This document shows positions 47,911-56,899 of a stretch of DNA of 64,000 nt, in pieces. The first letter of the stretch is position 1, and every line of letters starts with the position of its first letter. Position numbers and translations under genes: made by a program. The notes beneath the pieces were generated by a model. It had not been told where the DNA came from and searched no databases. It was given only the letters and a program-made list of their open reading frames with translations. The stretch comes from Planctomycetota bacterium (GTDB lineage: Bacteria > Planctomycetota > UBA8108 > SXIK01). The DNA lies in contig CBDCXR010000004.1 in the NCBI GenBank assembly GCA_965223845.1, positions 6,976,001 to 7,040,000 on the forward strand. Reading direction: 5' to 3'.

Positions 47911-49986
47911 TCAGATGAAGAACGGGACGCACACGAGCGAGACGATCGACATCAGCTTGATGAGGATGTTGATCGACGGGCCCGAGGTGTCCTTGAACGG
48001 ATCGCCGACCGTGTCGCCGACGACGCTCGCCTTGTGCGCCTCGGAGCCCTTGCCACCGTGCGCTCCGCCCTCGATGTACTTCTTTGCGTTGTCCCACGCG
48101 CCGCCGGCGTTGGACATGAAGATCGCGAGGAGGACGCCCGTGACGAGCGCACCCGCGAGGAGTCCGCCGAGCGCCGCCGGACCGAGGACCTTTCCGACGA
48201 CGACGGGCACGACGACGGCCAGTACGCCGGGGAGCACCATCTCCTGGAGCGCCGCCGTCGTCGAAATGTCGACGCAGCGCGCGTAGTCCGGCTTCTCCGT
48301 GCCTTCGAGGATGCCTTTCCGCGTTCGGAACTGCTGCCGGACCTCCTCGATCATCTTCTTCGCCGCACGCCCGACCGCCTTCATCGTCAGCGCAGTGAAG
48401 AGAAACGTCATCATGCCGCCGACGAAGAGCCCGATCGTGACCTTCGGGTCGAGGATGTCGATCTCGAATCCCGTCTTGAACTCCGAACCTTCCGGCGCGC
48501 GGGCGATGATTTCCTGCTTGTAGGTAACGAAGAGCGCCAGCGCCGTGAGGGCGGCCGATCCGATCGCGAAGCCCTTTCCGATCGCCGCCGTGGTGTTTCC
48601 GACGGCATCGAGAGTGTCGGTCCGGTTGCGAACTTCGGGTTCGCAGTGGGACATCTCCGCGATCCCGCCCGCGTTGTCAGCGACTGGGCCGTAGGCATCG
48701 ACCGCGAGAGAGATGCCGAGCGTCGAGAGCATCCCGACCGCGGAGATCGCGATGCCGTAGAGTCCGGCGAGCTCGTGGGAGACGAAGATCGCGATCGAGA
48801 TCATGAGAATCGGCGCCGCCGTCGACTGCATCCCGACCGCGAGACCGTGAATGATATTCGTCGCGGTTCCGGTGACGGACTGGGTCGCGATCGCTTGCGC
48901 GTGGCGCATCTTTTCCGACGTGTAGTACTCCGTGATCTTCCCGATGAGGAGGCCTAGGAAAAGTCCCGCCCAGACCGCAGTCACGATTTGCCAGGGCCCG
49001 TAGGTCTCCCCGTCGATGCTGAAGCGGAGATCGTCCCCGAAGCTAGCGGTGACGATCGCCGATCCGATGACGAGCACGATCGACGCGACGACCAGACCGC
49101 TGAACAGCGCGTGGTTGACCTTCGATTCATCGGAGGTCTTCACCGCTGTCGTGCCGATCACCGCGGCCACGATTCCGATCGCGGCGAGGCAGAGCGGATA
49201 AAGGACGAGCGCTTCAGACGTGTTCCCCTGGAGGAGAGAGTACCCGATCGCCATCGAGGCGATGATCGCGCCGACGTACGACTCGAAGAGGTCGGCGCCC
49301 ATTCCGGCGACATCGCCGACGTTGTCACCGACGTTGTCCGCGATGGTCGCGGGATTGCGAGGGTCGTCCTCGGGGATGCCGCTTTCGACCTTGCCGACGA
49401 GGTCGGCGCCGACGTCGGCGGCCTTGGTGAAGATCCCGCCGCCGACGCGCGCGAAGAGCGCGATCGACGAGGCGCCGAACGAGAAACCGAACACCGGGTC
49501 GATCCAGCGGTCGAGGCCGAGCGACTCCGCTCCGACGGTCCTGAATAAGGTCGTGAGCACCGCGATCCCGAGGAGCCCGAGCCCGACGACCGTGAATCCC
49601 ATCACGGCGCCGCTCGAGAACGCGACCTGGAGCGCTTGTCCGAGCCCCGACTTCGCCGCTTGGGTCGTCCGCACCGCGCTTCCCGTCGCGACTCGCATTC
49701 CGACGAATCCCGCGAGCCCGCTCGAGATCGCACCGTAGAGAAACGCGGCCGCCGTCCACCAGTCGAGGCCGAAACCGATCGTGAAGAAAACGACTCCGGA
49801 GAAAACCGCGAGCGTGCTGTACTCGCGCTTCAGAAACGCCATCGCACCTTGCTGAATAGCGGTAGCGATGTCGCGCATCTCCTCCGTTCCGGCGTCCTGC
49901 TGGAAGATTTTCGTGCGGCGCACGAACGCGAAGACGAGCGAACCGAGTGCGATGACGAGGCTGCCGTAGAGCGTGACCTGAACCAT
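47911..49986 (-). CDS. hppA: Membrane-bound ion-translocating pyrophosphatase, K+-dependent, probably Na+-pumping
   Basis: [42 protein letters not shown] and [14 protein letters not shown] motifs. Confidence 0.95.
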   Translation of the reverse strand: MVQVTLYGSLVIALGSLVFAFVRRTKIFQQDAGTEEMRDIATAIQQGAMAFLKREYSTLAVFSGVVFFTIGFGLDWWTAAAFLYGAISSGLAGFVGMRVATGSAVRTTQAAKSGLGQALQVAFSSGAVMGFTVVGLGLLGIAVLTTLFRTVGAESLGLDRWIDPVFGFSFGASSIALFARVGGGIFTKAADVGADLVGKVESGIPEDDPRNPATIADNVGDNVGDVAGMGADLFESYVGAIIASMAIGYSLLQGNTSEALVLYPLCLAAIGIVAAVIGTTAVKTSDESKVNHALFSGLVVASIVLVIGSAIVTASFGDDLRFSIDGETYGPWQIVTAVWAGLFLGLLIGKITEYYTSEKMRHAQAIATQSVTGTATNIIHGLAVGMQSTAAPILMISIAIFVSHELAGLYGIAISAVGMLSTLGISLAVDAYGPVADNAGGIAEMSHCEPEVRNRTDTLDAVGNTTAAIGKGFAIGSAALTALALFVTYKQEIIARAPEGSEFKTGFEIDILDPKVTIGLFVGGMMTFLFTALTMKAVGRAAKKMIEEVRQQFRTRKGILEGTEKPDYARCVDISTTAALQEMVLPGVLAVVVPVVVGKVLGPAALGGLLAGALVTGVLLAIFMSNAGGAWDNAKKYIEGGAHGGKGSEAHKASVVGDTVGDPFKDTSGPSINILIKLMSIVSLVCVPFFI

Positions 49987-50238
49987 CAGAGGTGGACTCC
50001 GTCAGAATTCTCGGGGCGGTCCCCGGCGGCGCCGTGCGGACGAGTGAGCACCCGAAGTCTAAGGTTTTCCATGCGCGCCGAATCCCCCCTCGATGGTCGT
50101 CCGATCACGCTCCTGGCGCGCCCGAGAGACAGGCGCCGCGCGGAGAGATGGACGGCGTCGATCGACCGAGAATCACCCGCGTGTGTCTTCCTTCTTTGTC
50201 GGACGCCGAACGCCAAATCCGCACCGGTGCCTCGGAGG

Positions 50239-51873
50239 TCAGAATTCCACGAACGCGAACGCGAAGTGGGTGAGGAGAACGAACAGCGTGGCTCCGATAA
50301 TCGTCGCCGTAATCCCTCGGCTGACATCGACGGGCGAGGACTTCGGCCGTTGGCCGATAAAGTAGGCGATCGCGCCCGTTCCGAAGCCGCAGACGAGCGT
50401 CTTCGCGAGCAGCCAGTGAGTGCCCCAATAGAACGTATGTGACGGTAGACGTAGATCCCGGTGGAAGTGCCCATCCCAGTAGTGCGGGCCGTAATCGGGG
50501 TAACTGTAGACGAATGCCGCGAGGCTGGTCAGCTTCGCGACGAAAAACCCGAGCGCGATGAGGAGCGGTGCGCCGACGACGAAACCCCACACGATCCCGG
50601 TGAGGAGATACCGCGGGGGCTCGACTCCAAACGAGCGGAGGGCGTCGAACTGTCGCGCGTAGACGCGGCCGCCGACGTCCGACGCGACCGCGGCGCCGCA
50701 GCGCGCCGCTACGAGCACGGTGAGAAGTACGGGAACGATGATCCGATAAAGAGCGAAGCCGAGCCCGCTCAGCAGCTCGTCGACAAGAAGAGGCTCGGTG
50801 TACTGGCGGTGGGGCAGAAACTTGAAGACGAAGTGCGTCGACACGAACCCGGCGATGAGTCCCGAGGCCCCGAAGTAAACGCACGCGCCAGGTGACGCGA
50901 CGAGCGAAACGTAGTGGCGGACGTAGCGAGCGCCCCAGCGAAGACTCCGCCAACGCGGCACGAGCGCGAGGGCGGCCGCGAGTGCGCATTCGAGAACGGC
51001 GGTCGTCCCGCTCAGGAACCGGGCCGCGCGCGCCCCGACGCGGCGGCCGAACGACGCGCGCTTCGGCGCTTCGAGCGCCCGCGTCTGGAGCTCGGAGAGG
51101 GACTCGAGCTCGGCCGGTTCCACCTCCCTTAGCGTTTTCTCCTTGGGATCGATGCAGTAGACGCGATCCGCGATGGGAGCGAGCTGAGCGTAGTCGTGCG
51201 TGACGACGACCGTCGTCTTTCCGTGACGGTCTCCCGTGGCGCGGATGCGTTCGGCCACGAGACGCGAGTTGGCGGGATCGAGCCCGGACGTCGGCTCGTC
51301 GTAAAGGATCACCGGCGGATCGTAAGCGAGCGTCCGCGCGATCGCGAGACGCTGCTTTTGTCCGCCGCTCAGCGCGCTCACCGGCGTGTTCGTCGGCAGG
51401 CCGAACTCGCGGACGAGCTCCTCCGGTCCGCTCGGCACCGCGGCGCGATCGCGCGCTTCCGATGCGTCGTCCTTTCTGTCCGGTTCCCCGTTCGCTGCCG
51501 TTGCCGTTGCGGTCTCCGCTCGGTTCGGCGCGCGGTGGTCGATCGCAAAGCGGATGTTCTCCGCGACACTCAATTCGTCGAAGAGGGCGAAGCTCTGAAA
51601 GACGACGCCCACGCGTGCGCCGTCGCGCGGGCCCGGACGGCCGAGAACGTTTGCTCCGCCGATCTCGACCTCGCCCGAAAGGGAGAACACCGGATCGTCC
51701 GAACGCACGAGTCCCGCGAGTATCCGAAGAAGCACTGACTTTCCGGCCCCGCTCGGTCCGACGACGAGGGTGACGCCGCCGTCCGGAAAGAGCGCGTCGA
51801 CGTTCTCGAGGAGCAGCGTGCCGCCGACTCTCACGGAGAGAGCTCGAATCTCGACCGCGGAGTGTCGGCTCAC
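50239..51873 (-). CDS. Fused ABC ATPase + MlaE-type permease (MlaF-MlaE-like)
   Basis: GPSGAGKS, LSGGQKQR, YDEPTSGLDP and VTHD motifs, then MlaE-like 'PVL..VLVAARCGAAVASD.G......Q.DALR..G..P.RYL'. GTGA overlap with the upstream gene. Confidence 0.85.
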   Translation of the reverse strand: MSRHSAVEIRALSVRVGGTLLLENVDALFPDGGVTLVVGPSGAGKSVLLRILAGLVRSDDPVFSLSGEVEIGGANVLGRPGPRDGARVGVVFQSFALFDELSVAENIRFAIDHRAPNRAETATATAANGEPDRKDDASEARDRAAVPSGPEELVREFGLPTNTPVSALSGGQKQRLAIARTLAYDPPVILYDEPTSGLDPANSRLVAERIRATGDRHGKTTVVVTHDYAQLAPIADRVYCIDPKEKTLREVEPAELESLSELQTRALEAPKRASFGRRVGARAARFLSGTTAVLECALAAALALVPRWRSLRWGARYVRHYVSLVASPGACVYFGASGLIAGFVSTHFVFKFLPHRQYTEPLLVDELLSGLGFALYRIIVPVLLTVLVAARCGAAVASDVGGRVYARQFDALRSFGVEPPRYLLTGIVWGFVVGAPLLIALGFFVAKLTSLAAFVYSYPDYGPHYWDGHFHRDLRLPSHTFYWGTHWLLAKTLVCGFGTGAIAYFIGQRPKSSPVDVSRGITATIIGATLFVLLTHFAFAFVEF

Positions 51874-53162
51874 GGTCGGTGCTCCCATTCGAGCGTCGCT
51901 CGCAGACGACCGTCGAGCGCACCCGCGGCGGAATCGCCGGGCGTGACGACGAAACGGCGGCGATCGCGCTGAAGAATCTGAGCTCTGAGAACTCGCGCGA
52001 ACTCTGCGGTGATGCCTTGCTCACGCGTTCCGAAGAGGATGTCCGCCATTCTTCGGATCGTCGGTTCCAGATTCTCCGACGCCGCGGCGATCACTCGACC
52101 CGCCTCCGGGGAATCGAGTCGCGCGATCAGGCGATCGTGGAAGCGGGGGTTGTCGAGGAACGCCTCTTTGATGAACACCTGCACCACGCGGTGAAACTCC
52201 GGCATTTCGACGAGCTCGACGAAACGCAATCGGATCTCCTCCTTGATCCGCGGTCGCGCGAGGACTTCTCGGGCGGCGGAACGCGTCGCCGCGACGATGT
52301 CATCGATGCGGCTTCGGACGAGCGGAGTGATCTCGCGCCGGGCGAACTCGTTCCACGCCCGCTCGAAGTGATCGTCGCGCGTCAGCGGGAGCGACTGGTA
52401 GACGATGCGCCAGGTGAACCCCCAGAGCGGTGCCTTCTCCCACGCCTCGCGACCGATGCTCGACAGGATCGGCTTCAACCTCGCTTCCCCGACAGGCCAG
52501 ATCTCCTTCTCGAACAGCTCGGCGAGCTCTCGGTCATCGAGACCCTCCTGGAGGAGCCGCGAGAGCTCCCGCAGCTCCGCGCGGTGGCGCGCCGTAAACT
52601 CGGGGAGAGACTCTTTCACCGACAGCTCGATGTCGTGAATGACGCCGACGATCACCGGGGTGAGGAGCGCGAAGATGTCGTCGCGTCGCGGCAGCAGCAT
52701 GGCGTTCCACTCGGCGGCGAGTCGAGCGATGCGCTCCTCGGTGAGAAGTGTTTTCGCCACCCAGGCGAAGGCTTCGGGAACGACGACCATTCGGACGGAG
52801 GCACCCGCGTGGACCGGGAACTCCTCCGGATCGTCGATGCGAAGGCGAACCGCGCGGGCCTCGCCGTAGAATCGCGGCTGGGGCTCGCCGTTCGCGTCGA
52901 GCAGAGCTTCGAGCTCGCCGACGCGGCGTCCCTGGGGATCGAGAACGGCGTCTCCCACTTCGAGCCACCAGAGGTTCGGGAGGTCGACGTCGAAGGATCG
53001 AGGTCGTGCGACCACGTAATCCCCGAGCTCCGCGAGCGTGCTTCTCCCCGTGCTGCGGGTTTCCGTGAGAAAGCCCGCGGTCCAGGTGACCAGCGCGGAC
53101 CACAGCGCCGCGCCGACGCCGATGCGAATCCAGCCTCCGAGTGATGGGGCTCGCCCGTTCAC
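51870..53162 (-). CDS. Membrane-anchored protein with MCE/MlaD-like N-domain and long helical region
   Basis: N-terminal TM; 'LEVGDAV...G.RVGEL' resembles the MCE beta-barrel; amphipathic helical tail; coupled to the ABC fusion. Confidence 0.6.
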   Translation of the reverse strand: MNGRAPSLGGWIRIGVGAALWSALVTWTAGFLTETRSTGRSTLAELGDYVVARPRSFDVDLPNLWWLEVGDAVLDPQGRRVGELEALLDANGEPQPRFYGEARAVRLRIDDPEEFPVHAGASVRMVVVPEAFAWVAKTLLTEERIARLAAEWNAMLLPRRDDIFALLTPVIVGVIHDIELSVKESLPEFTARHRAELRELSRLLQEGLDDRELAELFEKEIWPVGEARLKPILSSIGREAWEKAPLWGFTWRIVYQSLPLTRDDHFERAWNEFARREITPLVRSRIDDIVAATRSAAREVLARPRIKEEIRLRFVELVEMPEFHRVVQVFIKEAFLDNPRFHDRLIARLDSPEAGRVIAAASENLEPTIRRMADILFGTREQGITAEFARVLRAQILQRDRRRFVVTPGDSAAGALDGRLRATLEWEHRP

Positions 53163-53409
53163 GTTGCTCCGGTGTCCTCGAACTCTCGCCGCGTGCCGGC
53201 GCGCCGGTCGGCGCGTTCGCCGGTCCCGTCACAGCGAGCCAAACTCGTCGCGAGCGGGTATCGTAGTTGTCTTTCGGTCGTCCGGCCACCCTGTCCGGTC
53301 GGGCGGTGAGATCGGGTGATCACACGCCGCTCCGCCTCCCTTCGCGCGGTTCATTCGCGCCTCGAGGGAGCGCCGCCGAACCGAGAACGAAACGCACCGC
53401 GAAAGACCG

Positions 53410-53754
53410 TTGAGCCCCACCGACGTCCGGGTCGTTTTCTGTACTTGCCCCGCCGATGCCGCCGAGCTCGTCGCTCGGCGGATGGTCGAGCTCCGCCTCG
53501 CTGCCTGCGTCAACGTCCTCCCTGGAATCCAGAGCTACTACTGGTGGGAGGGCAAGATCGCGGCGGACGGTGAGAGCCTGCTCGTCCTCAAGTGCCGCGC
53601 CGGCGACGTACCCGCACTCGAGGATGCGATTCGTTCGGTCCACCCGTACGAGCTTCCGGAGGTGATCGCATTCGACGTCGCCGCAGGAAGTGGCGACTAT
53701 CTCAAGTGGGTGATCGAGAGCACGGACCGGAGCGCGAGTGGCGATGGCGCGTGA
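53410..53754 (+). CDS. cutA: Divalent-cation tolerance protein CutA
   Basis: LAACVN, SYYWWEG and HPYELPE motifs. Confidence 0.93.
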   Translation: MSPTDVRVVFCTCPADAAELVARRMVELRLAACVNVLPGIQSYYWWEGKIAADGESLLVLKCRAGDVPALEDAIRSVHPYELPEVIAFDVAAGSGDYLKWVIESTDRSASGDGA

Positions 53755-54997
53755 GCTCGGACAAGCGCTGCGGTCGATCGAAGAGGTTCAGCGAACGATT
53801 CTTTCGGTTGTAGAGACGGTCGACGCGGAAGAGCGCCCCCTCGCCAGGGCTCTATCCGCCGTCTTGAGAGAGCCGATCGTCTCGCGGGACACGATTCCTC
53901 CGTTCGACAACTCCGCGATGGACGGGTTCGCGGTGCAGGCGGAGGATCTCGCGGGCGCGACGGAAGACGGGCCCGTCGCCCTCCCCATCGCGGGGACGAT
54001 CGCGGCCGGGCGCGCGTCCGACGAGGCGCTCACTTCCGGACAGTGCTTTCGCATCATGACGGGAGCACCGATCCCGGACGGCGCCGATGCGGTGATTCCG
54101 CACGAGCTCGTCCGCTGGGACGACTCGGCGGCGACGTTCGTGGCCCCACCGCGGCCGCGGCAGAACATCCGCTCGGCCGGCGGTGACTTCAGGCCGGGAG
54201 ACGAGGCGATCGCGGCGGGGACCTCGCTTCGGGCCGCGCACCTCGGGATCGCGGGGACGCTCGGCTACGCGACGCTTCGCGTGTCGCGGAAGCTTCGCGT
54301 CGCCGTGCTCTCTCCCGGGGACGAGCTCGTCGATGTCGGCGAGCCGCTCGGGCCGGGTCAGATTCGAAACTCGAACGCGTATGCGCTCCGCGGCGCGCTC
54401 GAGGACCTCGGTGCCGACGTCGTGTCCGCTGCGATCGTCCCCGATCGCGAGGATGCCGTCCGCGGAGCGATCGAGGCCGCCGTCGCCGAAGGGGCCGACG
54501 TGATCCTTTCGACCGGCGGAGTGAGCGCCGGTGACTTCGATTACGTGAAGTCCGTCGTCGAGAGCGACGCGAATCCGGGCTACGTCTTCAAGGTCGCGAT
54601 GCGGCCGGGGAAGCCGCAGGTCTTCGGACGATTCCGGGACGCGGTGCTCTTCGGCCTTCCCGGGAATCCCGCCGCCTCGATCCTCTCCTTCGAAATGCTC
54701 GTTCGACCCGCGCTGCGAAAGATGGCCGGCGCAGCGCGTCTTTTCGAGCCGCGCTTTGGCGTGCGCTTTCCGGAGGACTACCGCTATCCGTCGGGACGGG
54801 TCTTCCTTCTTCGCGCTCGCGTGGTTCCCGACGACGAACGCGGCGAGGGGTATCTCGTCGAGCCGCCCGGTGCGCAGGGATCCGGGCGCATGGCGGCGTT
54901 CGCGAGCGCGAACGCGATCGTCGTTCTTCCCGCGGACCGGGACGTCGCGCGCGCTGGAGACGTCTTCCCCGCGCAGTGGATCGGTGGGCGACCGTGA
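53744..54997 (+). CDS. moeA: Molybdopterin molybdotransferase
   Basis: PPFDNSAMDGFA, IMTGAPIP.GADAV, GDEL, STGGVS.GD.D, MRPGKP and LPGNP motifs. Confidence 0.95.
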   Translation: MARELGQALRSIEEVQRTILSVVETVDAEERPLARALSAVLREPIVSRDTIPPFDNSAMDGFAVQAEDLAGATEDGPVALPIAGTIAAGRASDEALTSGQCFRIMTGAPIPDGADAVIPHELVRWDDSAATFVAPPRPRQNIRSAGGDFRPGDEAIAAGTSLRAAHLGIAGTLGYATLRVSRKLRVAVLSPGDELVDVGEPLGPGQIRNSNAYALRGALEDLGADVVSAAIVPDREDAVRGAIEAAVAEGADVILSTGGVSAGDFDYVKSVVESDANPGYVFKVAMRPGKPQVFGRFRDAVLFGLPGNPAASILSFEMLVRPALRKMAGAARLFEPRFGVRFPEDYRYPSGRVFLLRARVVPDDERGEGYLVEPPGAQGSGRMAAFASANAIVVLPADRDVARAGDVFPAQWIGGRP

Positions 54998-55674
54998 ATA
55001 GCGCGGACGGCACGCCGTCGCCGCGGAGCGCGATCGTGCTCGCCGGCGGCTCGAGCCGCCGCATGGGTCGCGACAAGGCGCTTCTCGACGCCGGTGACGG
55101 CCGCTCTCTCGTCGAGCGCTCGATCGAAGTGCTCGCGACGGCGTTCGACGATCTCGTCATCAGCGTAGGCGCCGCGGGTCCCTCGCGTGATCTCGAGTCG
55201 GCCGTCCAGAGGTCGGAACGCCGTACGGGGCGTCTTCCTCGCTTCGCGCTCGACGGAGACGCGGACGCCGGCCCCGTGGCGGGTGTGATTGCCGCACTCG
55301 ACGTCGTGCGCGCGCCGATCGCATTCGTCCTCGGAGTCGACTACCCAGAGATCTCGCTCTCGTTCGCGCGGTGCCTGGTCGAGCTCGCATCGGCCCCGCC
55401 CACGCGCGGCTGCGTTCCTCGGTACGCCGGTCGTCTCGAGCCGGCGTACGCGGCCTACGCGAGAGGGCTCGTTCCGGAGCTCCGCGCCCTCGGCGCGCCC
55501 GGTTCGGTCCGCCTCGTGGACCTCGCCGAGCTCGACGGAGTTCGAGTCGTCGACGTGGAGAAGATTCCCCTCGCGGCTGCGCCGGAGTGGGACGCCGTGT
55601 TTCGGAGCCTCAATTCTCCCGGCGATTACGCGCGCTGGCGCGGTGGCGAAGATTCTCGGCCCTCGTGCCGATAG
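54994..55674 (+). CDS. mobA: Molybdenum cofactor guanylyltransferase-like NTP transferase
   Basis: LAGGSSRRMGRDKA, GPVAG, D.P, EP..A.Y and SLNSP.D motifs; GTGA overlap with moeA. Confidence 0.85.
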   Translation: MNSADGTPSPRSAIVLAGGSSRRMGRDKALLDAGDGRSLVERSIEVLATAFDDLVISVGAAGPSRDLESAVQRSERRTGRLPRFALDGDADAGPVAGVIAALDVVRAPIAFVLGVDYPEISLSFARCLVELASAPPTRGCVPRYAGRLEPAYAAYARGLVPELRALGAPGSVRLVDLAELDGVRVVDVEKIPLAAAPEWDAVFRSLNSPGDYARWRGGEDSRPSCR

Positions 55675-55855
55675 CATCCATCGCCGAGCCGGCCGGCGGA
55701 GGCGGTTCGACCGACCCCGGGGCGCGAGCAGAGAAACTCGTGAGAAGATCGCGCCGGCGTTCTACAATCCCGGGTTTTGCGCCCGCCCGGTTCCGCCTCG
55801 CCGCTGGTGACGGACTCCGATCGGCGCGCGTCACTCCGACCGAAAGACGATCCGA

Positions 55856-56833
55856 ATGAGCAGGATCTGCTGTCTCCTCTCCGTTCTCAGCCTTCTCCCG
55901 GGGTGCATCGTCGTCCCGATCGGGAAGCTCTTCGAGACGCCTCCGCTCCGCGAAGAAGTTCTCGTCCGAGGTGACGGATTCTTCCGTCAGGATAAGCTCG
56001 TCGTCGTCGAGATCGACGGCGCGATCACCGCCGCTCCGACGAGCGGCTTTCTCGGCGGCGGAGGCGACACCGTCGCGCAGGTTCGCGCTCGACTCGCGCG
56101 AGCGAAAGCGGATCCGGAGGTCAAGGGCATCCTCCTCATGATCTCGAGTCCGGGAGGAGAGGTGACGGCGAGCGACGTCATTCACCGCGAGATCCTGCGT
56201 TTTCGCGAGACGACCGAGCTGCCCGTGCTTTCGCTCATCGGCGACACCGGGACGTCGGGCGCCTACTACATCGCAGTCGCATCCGATCGCGTGCTCGCGC
56301 ACCCGACGTCGATCGTCGGCAGCATCGGCGTGATCCTCCACAGCTTCAACGTCGCGGGATTGATGCGCAACCTCGGCGTCGTCGTCGATCCCGTCAAGTC
56401 GTCGCCGAGCAAGGACATCAACTCGTTCTTTCGCGAATCGACCGAAGACGAGCGCGCAGTCCTGCAGAAGGTGGTCGACGAGCTCTATTCGCGATTCGTC
56501 GAGGTCGTCGACTCCGGTCGGCCCGATCTCGCGGCGGATCGCGTGCGCGAGCTCGCGGATGGCCGCATCGTTTCCGGACTCGAAGCGAAGCGTCTCGGGC
56601 TCGTGGACGGCGTCGGCTACGCTGCCGACGCACTCAAAGAGCTGAAGACGATGGCTGGCATCGACCGGCCGACCGTCGTTCGCTACGCTCGCGAGGGACG
56701 CGGGCGAGCGAGCGTGTTTTCTTCGCTGTCGGGACCGGATGCGACCGCTCCGACGCATTCGAGCCTCGAGCTCCGCTGGCCACTCGCGTCATCGCGTCCG
56801 ACCTTCTATTACCTTTGGCAGCCGGGGATCTAG
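55856..56833 (+). CDS. sppA: Signal peptide peptidase SppA (S49), lipoprotein
   Basis: Lipobox LPGC; SPGG, SGAYYIA, GSIGV, ADGR and GLVD motifs. Confidence 0.9.
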   Translation: MSRICCLLSVLSLLPGCIVVPIGKLFETPPLREEVLVRGDGFFRQDKLVVVEIDGAITAAPTSGFLGGGGDTVAQVRARLARAKADPEVKGILLMISSPGGEVTASDVIHREILRFRETTELPVLSLIGDTGTSGAYYIAVASDRVLAHPTSIVGSIGVILHSFNVAGLMRNLGVVVDPVKSSPSKDINSFFRESTEDERAVLQKVVDELYSRFVEVVDSGRPDLAADRVRELADGRIVSGLEAKRLGLVDGVGYAADALKELKTMAGIDRPTVVRYAREGRGRASVFSSLSGPDATAPTHSSLELRWPLASSRPTFYYLWQPGI

Positions 56834-56899
56834 AGACGGCCCGTCCGAGGATCACGCGCCGCTACGCTCACCGAACCGCTACATCCGATTTGGCATCTC

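Noticed and set aside
53163-53409. Possible Moco riboswitch upstream of cutA-moeA
   Set aside because: Only generic GC-rich hairpins are visible, and the conserved Moco-motif elements could not be identified by eye.
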